Assembly: GCA_050173345.1 (NCBI GenBank)
Contig: JBFXKW010000013.1
Span: 2,932-66,931, forward strand
Direction of reading: 5' to 3'
DNA from: Alphaproteobacteria bacterium
GTDB lineage: Bacteria; Pseudomonadota; Alphaproteobacteria; UBA828
Length of the DNA: 64,000 nt
Below, one piece after another: positions 41,730-49,658 of this stretch (the first letter of the stretch is position 1; every line of letters starts with the position of its first letter). The translations under genes and the position numbers were made by a program. Under the pieces are notes generated by a model. The model saw only the letters and a program-made list of their open reading frames with translations. It did not search any database and was not told the DNA's origin.

Positions 41730-42659
41730 CTACTCCGCGGCCTCGCGCCGTGCATCGCCGTAGACGCCGCGGCTCAGGTCGCGCGAGACGAGGCGCAGCA
41801 CCGCCGCCGAGGTGTCGGCGACCAGCGCCTTGTAGGCGCCGATGCGCCGGGCGAAATGGTTGTAGAAGACGACCGCGGGGATCGCCGCGACTAGGCCGAG
41901 CGCGGTGGCCAGCAATGCCTCGGCGATGCCGGGCGCGACCACGGCGAGGTTGGTGGTCTGCGCCTTCGAGATGCCGATGAAGCTGTTCATCACGCCCCAC
42001 ACCGTGCCGAACAGCCCGACGAACGGCGCGGTGGCGCCGATGGTCGCGAGCACGCCGGTGCCCTTGGTCATGCGCCGGCCCGCCGCGGTCTCGAGCCGCT
42101 CGAGGCGCGAGACGATGCGCTCCTTGATCCCGTCGCGGTCGCGCAGCGCGTCCTTGGACTGGCTGAGCTCGGCCTGCGCCTCGCCGATCAGATCGACATT
42201 GCTCGCCGTGCCGCCGCGCTCCGCCGCCTCGGCGAGCGTGAGCGCGCCGTTCATGGCGGCGAGCGCGACACGCTGCCGCCGGGTCGCCGCGGCGAGCTCC
42301 AGGCCCTTGGCGATCAGCACCGTCCAGGTCACCACCGAGGCGAAGGCGAGGCCGATCATCACCGCCTTCACCACGATGTCCGCGCCCATGAACATGCCCC
42401 AGGGCGAGAGATCCTGCGGCAGGAGGGACTCAGCCTCCCCCGTCTCGCCCGCCTCCAGCAGCGCATCGGCCGGTGCGAGCCCGTCGGCCGGCAGGGCGTC
42501 GTCGGACAGCGGAAGGGCGTCGGAAGGCGGAGGGGTGTCGGCGGGCTGGAGCGCCTCGGCGGGCGCAGGCGGGTCGGAAGGCTCGGTCTGCGCCAAGCCC
42601 AGGGACGGCATGGCGATCAGCATCAGAACAAGGCTTACGCGAAAAAACCTGGACGCCAT
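41730..42659 (-). CDS. exbB: ExbB/TolQ/MotA-family proton channel with N-terminal periplasmic extension
   Basis: Signal peptide plus Pro/Asp-rich extension, then the ExbB core (ATIGATAPFVGLFGTVWGVMNSF). Confidence 0.85.
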   Translation of the reverse strand: MASRFFRVSLVLMLIAMPSLGLAQTEPSDPPAPAEALQPADTPPPSDALPLSDDALPADGLAPADALLEAGETGEAESLLPQDLSPWGMFMGADIVVKAVMIGLAFASVVTWTVLIAKGLELAAATRRQRVALAAMNGALTLAEAAERGGTASNVDLIGEAQAELSQSKDALRDRDGIKERIVSRLERLETAAGRRMTKGTGVLATIGATAPFVGLFGTVWGVMNSFIGISKAQTTNLAVVAPGIAEALLATALGLVAAIPAVVFYNHFARRIGAYKALVADTSAAVLRLVSRDLSRGVYGDARREAAE

Positions 42660-42980
42660 TCCCAATCCACCTTCGTTCGTTCCGCGGCGGCCCGGCGCAT
42701 GACGGCTCGACAGCCTTGCGGCCCTGGGCCTCCGCGGCACCGGCGTTCACGGCGTGGCTCGCTCGCTGGAGAGCCGCCGGGCCAGGTGCTTGATCTCCTC
42801 ACTCCATGCCGCATGCCGCCGCCGGCCGACCGGATTGGCGCTCTCGACCGCCGCCATCCGATGCGCCAGGGCGAGCTGGGCCTGAACTTGATCTATAAGC
42901 GCTCTCAAGCGCCTGCGCGGCGCTCCGGCTCGACGTACCCGGTCGGGTCGGCTCGATGCGAGCTGGTCGGGCGGACGCTA

Positions 42981-43008
42981 TTGCAGTTGAGAATTATTGT
43001 CAACTTGC
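42981..43008. promoter_or_regulatory. AT-rich near-palindrome TTGCAGTTGAGAATTATTGTCAACTTGC containing TGA-N9-TCA
   Basis: The only AT-rich patch in the 0.5-kb exbB / CNNM divergent region. Resembles iron-responsive operator architecture. Confidence 0.35.
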
Positions 43009-43175
43009 CGGCCCGGGCGCCATGCTGCGGTGCGCGCGGCCATCTTCTCAGGGCGGGGGCAACCGCCGTACGGTAGGGGCGGCGGGGGAGCATCGTTCGA
43101 TTCGGGCGTTCCCATTCCTCCGGCGCAACGACAAGCCGCCCGGCTCGATCCGCATTCCAGACTGGATTTAAAACC

Positions 43176-44474
43176 ATGCTCGCGCTCGAGATTGCCGTCA
43201 TCGTGTTGATCGTGCTGATCAACGGGTTTCTCGCGATGTCGGAGCTCGCCGTGGTCTCGGCCCGGCGCAGCCGATTGAAGGCCCTTGCCGAGGGCGGCGA
43301 TGCCCGCGCCTCCCGGGTCATCCAGCTCGCCGACCGGCCGGGCCGCTTCCTCTCCACCGTCCAGATCGGGATCACCATGTGCGGCGTCTTGGCCGGCATG
43401 TTCAGCGGCGCGACCATCGCCGACCGGCTCGCCGTGCTGCTGATGGATGCCGGCGCCTCGCCCGGGGTGGCCGAGCCGCTCTCCTTCGCGCTTATCGTGA
43501 TCGCGGTGACCTACCTCTCGCTCATCCTGGGCGAGCTGGTGCCAAAGCAGATCGCGCTGCGCGGCGCCGAGCGCATCGCCATGCTGGTCGCCGGGCCCAT
43601 GCTCGCCGTCTCGAAGGTAACGGCGCCGCTCGGCTACCTGCTCGAACGTTCGAGCCACTATGTGCTGCTCGCCATCGGCGTGCATGAGGAGCGCGGGCCA
43701 CGGGTCACCGACGAGGAGATCAAGGCGCTGATCGCGGAGGCCGAGACGGCGGGCGTGGTCGAGCCGGCCGAGCGCAGCATGATCTCGGGCGTGCTGCGCC
43801 TCGGCGACCGGCCGGTGCGCGCCGTGATGACGCCGCGGCTCGACGTCGACTGGATCGACCTCGACATGGACGAGGCGGACATCCGCGAGATTATCCGAAG
43901 CAGCGGCCATTCGCGCCTGGTGGCGGCGCACGGCACGCTGGACGAGCCGGCCGGCGTGCTCCACGTCAAGGACGTGCTCGATGCCCTCCTGATGGGGCAG
44001 AAGCTCGACATCGGCAGCCTGGTCCGCCGCGCGCCGGTGATCCATGACCGCTTCGATGCGCTGGAGGCGGTCGAGCATCTCAAGCAGCCGGGCGTCCATA
44101 TGGTGCTGGTGGTCGATGAGCACGGCGCCTTCGAGGGCGTGATCACCCGGGCCGACATCCTCTCCTCCATCGCCGGCGACTTCCAGGAGGCGGACGGCTA
44201 TGCGCCCGATCGGGCGGTGCGGCGCGGCGACGGATCCTGGCTGTTCGACGGCCTGACCCCGATCGACGAGGTGGCCGGCGTGATCGGCGTGCCGGTACCG
44301 GCGGCGCGCGACTACCGCACGGTCGCCGGCTTCGTGCTCGACAACCTGCAGCACCTGCCCTCGACCGGCGAATTCGTGGACGCGCTCGGCTGGCGCTTCG
44401 AGGTGGTGGACATGGACGGCCGGCGCATCGACAAGGTGCTCGTCACCAAGAGCCCGGACGGCGCGCGCGGCTAG
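43176..44474 (+). CDS. CNNM/CorC-family transporter (DUF21 + CBS pair + CorC_HlyC domain; hemolysin-like)
   Basis: Domain order evident from sequence blocks. Confidence 0.85.
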   Translation: MLALEIAVIVLIVLINGFLAMSELAVVSARRSRLKALAEGGDARASRVIQLADRPGRFLSTVQIGITMCGVLAGMFSGATIADRLAVLLMDAGASPGVAEPLSFALIVIAVTYLSLILGELVPKQIALRGAERIAMLVAGPMLAVSKVTAPLGYLLERSSHYVLLAIGVHEERGPRVTDEEIKALIAEAETAGVVEPAERSMISGVLRLGDRPVRAVMTPRLDVDWIDLDMDEADIREIIRSSGHSRLVAAHGTLDEPAGVLHVKDVLDALLMGQKLDIGSLVRRAPVIHDRFDALEAVEHLKQPGVHMVLVVDEHGAFEGVITRADILSSIAGDFQEADGYAPDRAVRRGDGSWLFDGLTPIDEVAGVIGVPVPAARDYRTVAGFVLDNLQHLPSTGEFVDALGWRFEVVDMDGRRIDKVLVTKSPDGARG

Positions 44475-44506
44475 GCATGATGCCAAGCAAGGGGCGAATC
44501 GGTCCG

Positions 44507-44596
44507 CTCATCCTTCGACAAGCTCAGGATGAAGCCGAAAAAGGAAACTCCCTCATGCTGAGCCTGTCGAAGCATGAGCCTGTCGCAGCATGGGGC
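44507..44596. repeat. Family-2 palindromic repeat copy with a partial tandem duplication of the right arm
   Basis: tcatccttcgacaagctcaggatgaagccgaaaaaggaaactccctcatgctgagcctgtcgaagcatgagcctgtcgcagcatgg. Confidence 0.85.
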
Positions 44597-44626
44597 CGCC
44601 GGATGGCGCGCGGATAGGGCCGATAC

Positions 44627-45532
44627 GTGCTGCAGGTGGTGCTCGACAGCCTGATCCGCGCCGCGGAGCTATCGTTCCTCGCGGTCGGGCTCACCATGAC
44701 CTACAAGGTGCTGCGCTTCCCGAACTTTGCCCATGTCGAGTTCGCGACGCTCGGCGCCTATGTCGCGCTCGCCTTTTCGGCGAACCTCGGGCTGCCCTTC
44801 CTGCTCGCGACGGCGCTCGCGGTCGTGCTGGTCGGCGGCCTCGGCGTCGGCATCGACCGGGCGATCTTCTACCGCCTGCGCAACGCCTCGCCGATCATGC
44901 TGATGATCGCGAGCTTCGCCCTCGGCATCGCGATCCGCGAGTCGGTGCGCGCGGGCTGGGGCCCGTCGCCGCACTTCTATTCGCTCGGCGTGGTGAAGCC
45001 GTGGCGCTTCCTCGACCTCCGCGTCACGCCGACCCAGGTCGCCATCATCGCGGCCGCTTTGATCGCGATGTTCGCGTTCCACCTGTTCCTGAGCCGCACC
45101 AGGCTCGGCACCGCGATGCGCGCGACCGCCGACAACCTGATTCTCGCGCAGGCGAGCGGCATCGACGACCGCGGCGTGATCCGCGCCGTCTGGCTGATCG
45201 GCGCCGGCTTCGCCGCGCTCGGCGGCGCCATGATCGGGCTCAACACCCAGATCAAGCCCGACATGGGCTTCGGCATCATCATTGAGGTCTTCGCCGCGGC
45301 GATCCTCGGCGGCATCGGCCACCCCTACGGCGCGATGCTCGGCGCGCTCGTGGTCGGCTTCGCCGAGAATTTCGGCCTCGCCATCAACTGGGCGCCGCTG
45401 CTTGGCGCGCTCGGCTTCGAGACCGGCGGCTTCGTCTACATCCCGACCGGCTACAAGGCGGCGCTGCCCTTCGTCCTCCTGGTGCTGACCTTGCTGATCC
45501 GCCCGCGCGGCCTGTTGGGGGCGCGGCGATGA
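44627..45532 (+). CDS. livH: Branched-chain amino acid ABC transporter permease LivH
   Basis: LivH-type permease. Confidence 0.9.
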   Translation: MLQVVLDSLIRAAELSFLAVGLTMTYKVLRFPNFAHVEFATLGAYVALAFSANLGLPFLLATALAVVLVGGLGVGIDRAIFYRLRNASPIMLMIASFALGIAIRESVRAGWGPSPHFYSLGVVKPWRFLDLRVTPTQVAIIAAALIAMFAFHLFLSRTRLGTAMRATADNLILAQASGIDDRGVIRAVWLIGAGFAALGGAMIGLNTQIKPDMGFGIIIEVFAAAILGGIGHPYGAMLGALVVGFAENFGLAINWAPLLGALGFETGGFVYIPTGYKAALPFVLLVLTLLIRPRGLLGARR

Positions 45533-46449
45533 GCGAGTTCGCGGTCTACCTCGTCACCATTGCCGGCATCTGGGCGATGCTCGGCATCAGCCTCAACCTG
45601 CAATACGGCGTGGCGGGCCTCGTCAATCTCGGCCATGTCGCCTTCTTCATGCTCGGCGCCTACACCTCGGCGATCCTGGTCGCGATCCTCGGCCTGCCGA
45701 TCGGCGTCGGCATGATCGCGGGCGCGGGCGCAGCCGCGCTCTTCGGCGTGCTGATGGCGCTGCCGGCCGCCAGGCTCCAGCAGGACTATTGGGGCATCAG
45801 CACGCTCGCGGTCGCCGAGATCGCGCGCATCGTCTTCCTCAACACCCGGCTCGGCGAGGCCTATGTCGGCGAGGCGTTCGGCATCAGCGACATCCCGCGG
45901 CCGCTGCGCGACACCCTCACGGCACAGGGCTATACGCTCGCCGACTACAACCTCTTTTACATGCTCTTCGTGCTCGCCTGCCTGGCGCTGACCTATGCCA
46001 TGGCCGCCTGGCTCGCCGCCAAGCCGATCGGCCGCGCGCTCAAGGCGCTGCGCGAGGGCGACGAGGTGCCGTCCGCGCTCGGCAAGCGGGTGAGCGGCCT
46101 GCGCATGCGGGTGATGGCGTCGGGCGGCGCCATCGCCGGGCTCGCCGGCGCGCTGTTCGCCCATTACAACGCCTATATCAGCCCGGAATACTTCCTGCCG
46201 CTCGAGACCTTCATCATCTGGGCGATGGTGGTGCTCGGCGGCGCCGGCAACTTCTTCGGCGTGCTGGTCGGCACCTTCATCATCCAGGTCATCTACAACT
46301 CGTCGCGCTTCCTCGTGCCGCTGCTCGGCATCGACGCGCAATTGCTCGGCTCGATACGGATGATCGTGATCGCGCTCCTGATCATCGGCGTCGTCATGTA
46401 CATGCCGCAGGGGCTGGTGCCGGAAAGGCGGCGTCGCTATGACCGCTGA
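45529..46449 (+). CDS. livM: Branched-chain amino acid ABC transporter permease LivM
   Basis: LivM-type permease. Translationally coupled to livH. Confidence 0.9.
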   Translation: MSEFAVYLVTIAGIWAMLGISLNLQYGVAGLVNLGHVAFFMLGAYTSAILVAILGLPIGVGMIAGAGAAALFGVLMALPAARLQQDYWGISTLAVAEIARIVFLNTRLGEAYVGEAFGISDIPRPLRDTLTAQGYTLADYNLFYMLFVLACLALTYAMAAWLAAKPIGRALKALREGDEVPSALGKRVSGLRMRVMASGGAIAGLAGALFAHYNAYISPEYFLPLETFIIWAMVVLGGAGNFFGVLVGTFIIQVIYNSSRFLVPLLGIDAQLLGSIRMIVIALLIIGVVMYMPQGLVPERRRRYDR

Positions 46450-47236
46450 ACCGCTCCTCAAGCTGCGCGACATCCACAAGCGCTTCGGCGGCATCGCGGC
46501 GCTCGCGGGCGTCAACCTCGACGTGCCGGCCGGCATGGTCTACGGCCTGATCGGCCCGAACGGCTCGGGCAAGACCACCCTCTTCAACGTGATCACCGGG
46601 TTCTTGCGGCCCGATCTCGGCCATGTCAGCTTCGCGGGCCGCAAGCTCGACCGCCTGCCACCTTACAGGATCGCCCGGCTCGGCCTCGTCCGGACCTTCC
46701 AGGCGAGCCTGATGCCGCAGCGCATGACGGTGATGGAGAACATGCTGCTCGCGCCGCAGCACCAGCTCGGCGAGCGGATGCTCGACGCCTTCGCCCGCCC
46801 GCGTGCGGTGAACCGGCAGGAGCACGCCAACCTTGAACGGGCGCGCGAGCTGCTCGAACTGGTCAATTTGCGCGCCAAGGCCGACGACTATGCCGGCGAA
46901 CTCTCCGGCGGGCAGAAGAAGCTGCTCGCCCTTGCCCAGGTGCTGATGGCGGCGCCGCGCCTGATCCTGCTCGACGAGCCGGTCGCCGGCGTCAACCCGC
47001 GCTTCATCGAGGAGATCGTGGCGCTGATCCGCCGCCTGCGCGACGAGGGCCACAACTTCCTCATCGTCGAGCACAACATGAAGTTCATCCGCAGCGCGTG
47101 CGACCGCATCTCGGTGCTCGATGCCGGCCGCATCATCGCCGAGGGCGACGCCGCCGAGGTGCTGCGCCGCGACGACGTGCTGAACGCCTACCTGACCCGC
47201 CGCCCGGGCACGCCGGACGAGGCCGCGGCGCCATGA
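46439..47236 (+). CDS. livG: Branched-chain amino acid ABC transporter ATP-binding protein LivG
   Basis: Walker A GPNGSGKTT, signature LSGGQKKLL. Confidence 0.9.
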   Translation: MTAEPLLKLRDIHKRFGGIAALAGVNLDVPAGMVYGLIGPNGSGKTTLFNVITGFLRPDLGHVSFAGRKLDRLPPYRIARLGLVRTFQASLMPQRMTVMENMLLAPQHQLGERMLDAFARPRAVNRQEHANLERARELLELVNLRAKADDYAGELSGGQKKLLALAQVLMAAPRLILLDEPVAGVNPRFIEEIVALIRRLRDEGHNFLIVEHNMKFIRSACDRISVLDAGRIIAEGDAAEVLRRDDVLNAYLTRRPGTPDEAAAP

Positions 47237-47261
47237 CGGAAGCCGTGAGAGACAGGCAGAT

Positions 47262-47981
47262 ATGGCGCTGATCGAGGTCGACAACGTGTTCGCGAGCTAT
47301 GGCGCGACCGAGGTGCTGCACGGCGCGAGCCTCACGCTCGGCAAGGGCGAGGTGGTCGCCATCATCGGCCCGAACGGCGCGGGCAAGAGCACGCTCCTGA
47401 AAGTCATCATGGGCTATCTGATCCCGCGCGAGGGCGAGGTCAGGCTGCGCCGCGAGCCGATCACCCGGCTGCGCCCGAACCAGCGGGTGCGCAAGGGCAT
47501 CGCCTATGTGCCGCAGCTCGACAACGTGTTCCCCTCGCTGACCGTGGCGGAGAACTTGAGGATGGGCGCCTACCTGCTGCCGCGCCGCGAGGTCGGCGCG
47601 CGCACCGAGGCGATCCTCGACGAATTCCCGCTGCTGCGCGAGCGGGCGCACCAACGCGTCCACACGCTGAGCGGCGGCCAGCGCCAGCTCCTCGCCATGG
47701 CGCGGGCGCTGATGACCGACCCCGAGCTGCTGCTGCTCGACGAGCCGTCGGCCGCCCTTTCGCCGCGCATGGCGGGCGAGGTGTTCGACCGCATCACGCA
47801 GATTCAGGCCGCCGGCCGCTCGGTCATCGTGGTCGAGCAGGAGGCGCAGCGCTCGCTCGAGATCGCCGACCGCGGCTATGTGCTGGTGGACGGGCGCAAC
47901 ACCTATGAGGGCAGCGCCCGCGACATCCTGGCCGACGAGAAGATCCGCGCGACCTTCCTCGGTACCGCGGACCACGGATAG
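47262..47981 (+). CDS. livF: Branched-chain amino acid ABC transporter ATP-binding protein LivF
   Basis: Walker A GPNGAGKST, signature LSGGQRQLL. Confidence 0.9.
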   Translation: MALIEVDNVFASYGATEVLHGASLTLGKGEVVAIIGPNGAGKSTLLKVIMGYLIPREGEVRLRREPITRLRPNQRVRKGIAYVPQLDNVFPSLTVAENLRMGAYLLPRREVGARTEAILDEFPLLRERAHQRVHTLSGGQRQLLAMARALMTDPELLLLDEPSAALSPRMAGEVFDRITQIQAAGRSVIVVEQEAQRSLEIADRGYVLVDGRNTYEGSARDILADEKIRATFLGTADHG

Positions 47982-48074
47982 CGCGGCCTGCCTATTCCTG
48001 TCGATCCTTGTTGACGGGGCGCCGGATGTCGCCGAAAAGCGTGCGGGGCAAACCGACCCAAGAAGGGGGCTTTC

Positions 48075-49271
48075 GTGGCACGAAGGACGTTTCACGCGCT
48101 GCTGGGCGCGGCGGCGCTGGTCGCATCGGGGCTGGGGCTCGCCGCCTCGCCGGCCGGGGCGGAGGAGGTGAAGATCGGGCTGTTCACCCCGCTCACCGGG
48201 TCGGGTGCGGTGGTCGGGCTCGACATGCAGCGCGGCGTGCAGCTCGCGCTCGACCGGGTGAACCAGGGCTATGATGTGCCGCTGCAGGATGGCAGCGTGC
48301 GCCGGCTGGGGCCGGGCCTCCTGGGCGGCCCGATCAACCTCATCATCGAGGATTCCGAGTCGCGGCCGGCCGCCGCCATGGACGCGGTGCGCAAGCTGGT
48401 CAACGTCGACAAGGTGACGGTCGTGCTCGGCGAATATTCGACCGGGCGGACGCTGCCGACCGGCCAGTTCACCAACAGCAGCGGTATGGTCCACATCTCG
48501 ATCGGCGCCAATTCGCCGACCTTGCGTGAGATCGGTCCCTACTTCTTCAACGCGATCGGCCTCGCTTCGCTGCAGGGCCTGAAGATGCTGGAGCTCGCCC
48601 AATCCGAGATCGGCGCGCGCACCATCGCGACGCTCTTGCCCAACAACCCGTGGGGCGTGGGCGTCGAGATCGCCACCTGCGAGGCCGCGCCCAAGTTCGG
48701 CATGGAGTGCGTCTCGACCGTCCGCTACGAGGAACAGAAGACCGACTACCGGCCGGAACTGCGCCAGCTCACCGCGCCCGACCCCGATGCCGTGATCTTC
48801 TTCGCCTATGGCTCGGACGCCGCGCTCATCCTGCGCCAGGCCTACGAGCTAGGGCTCGACGCCGCCGAGACCTGGATCGGCACCGAGGTATCCAACTGGG
48901 CGAGCGACGTGGCCGACATTTCGGAGGTCGCCGAAGGGATTCGCGGCCTCGAGCACGATGTCGGCGGGGAGTTCTACGAGGCGCAGTACGGCACGGCCTA
49001 TCGGGAGCGCTTCGGCGAGCCGCCGCTGACCGCCTTCGGCGCCTTCGGCTACGACGCCGCCATGCTGGCTGCGCTCGCGATCGAGCAGGCCGGCTCGACC
49101 GATTCGGATGCCATCCGCAAGGCGATGCACGAGGTCTCGAAGGTCTATCGCGGGCTGACCGGCGACCTGTCGTTCGACGCGGACGGCATGCGGCTCAACC
49201 AGGAATACGGCGTCTTCATCTATCATGACGGCGGGCTGCAGCCCTACACGCCGAAATCCAAGGCGGAGTGA
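48075..49271 (+). CDS. Branched-chain amino acid ABC transporter substrate-binding protein (LivJ/K family)
   Basis: Signal peptide, type-I PBP fold. Confidence 0.85.
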   Translation: MARRTFHALLGAAALVASGLGLAASPAGAEEVKIGLFTPLTGSGAVVGLDMQRGVQLALDRVNQGYDVPLQDGSVRRLGPGLLGGPINLIIEDSESRPAAAMDAVRKLVNVDKVTVVLGEYSTGRTLPTGQFTNSSGMVHISIGANSPTLREIGPYFFNAIGLASLQGLKMLELAQSEIGARTIATLLPNNPWGVGVEIATCEAAPKFGMECVSTVRYEEQKTDYRPELRQLTAPDPDAVIFFAYGSDAALILRQAYELGLDAAETWIGTEVSNWASDVADISEVAEGIRGLEHDVGGEFYEAQYGTAYRERFGEPPLTAFGAFGYDAAMLAALAIEQAGSTDSDAIRKAMHEVSKVYRGLTGDLSFDADGMRLNQEYGVFIYHDGGLQPYTPKSKAE

Positions 49272-49300
49272 TACGACAGCCGGCCGCGTTCCGGGCGCGC

Positions 49301-49555
49301 TCAGCGTTCGGACGCGCCGGACCAGTCCTTGCGCAGCCGCACGCCCGGCTCCTGCCGGTTGAAGATCAGGCGGACGCCGGCGTTCTCGAAGGTCTTGATC
49401 AGCATCGCCTCGGTCGCGCGGTGCAGCGCGTGCCGGCGACACTCGAAATCCCGCACGGTGCTGCGCGAGACGCCGGCGAGCGCGGCGAGCCGAGCCTGCG
49501 ACCAATCGAGCATGCCCCGCGCCGCCCGGCACTGTTCCGGCAACAGATTTCTCAT
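49301..49555 (-). CDS. Small XRE-family HTH transcriptional regulator
   Basis: LDWSQARLAALAGVSRSTVRDFE HTH. Divergent from mrpA. Confidence 0.7.
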   Translation of the reverse strand: MRNLLPEQCRAARGMLDWSQARLAALAGVSRSTVRDFECRRHALHRATEAMLIKTFENAGVRLIFNRQEPGVRLRKDWSGASER

Positions 49556-49658
49556 CCTAAACCCTTGATCGCGGCCGCGAAAATCAACCATAATGGGCGA
49601 AATTGGTCAATGGTCGGCAGCGATTGATTGAACCGCGAGAGGGGCTGTCTATCCGGCT

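Noticed and set aside
42978-44486. 502-aa minus ORF antisense to the CNNM/CorC gene
   Set aside because: The plus-strand product has clear DUF21/CBS/CorC domains and the antisense translation is low-complexity.
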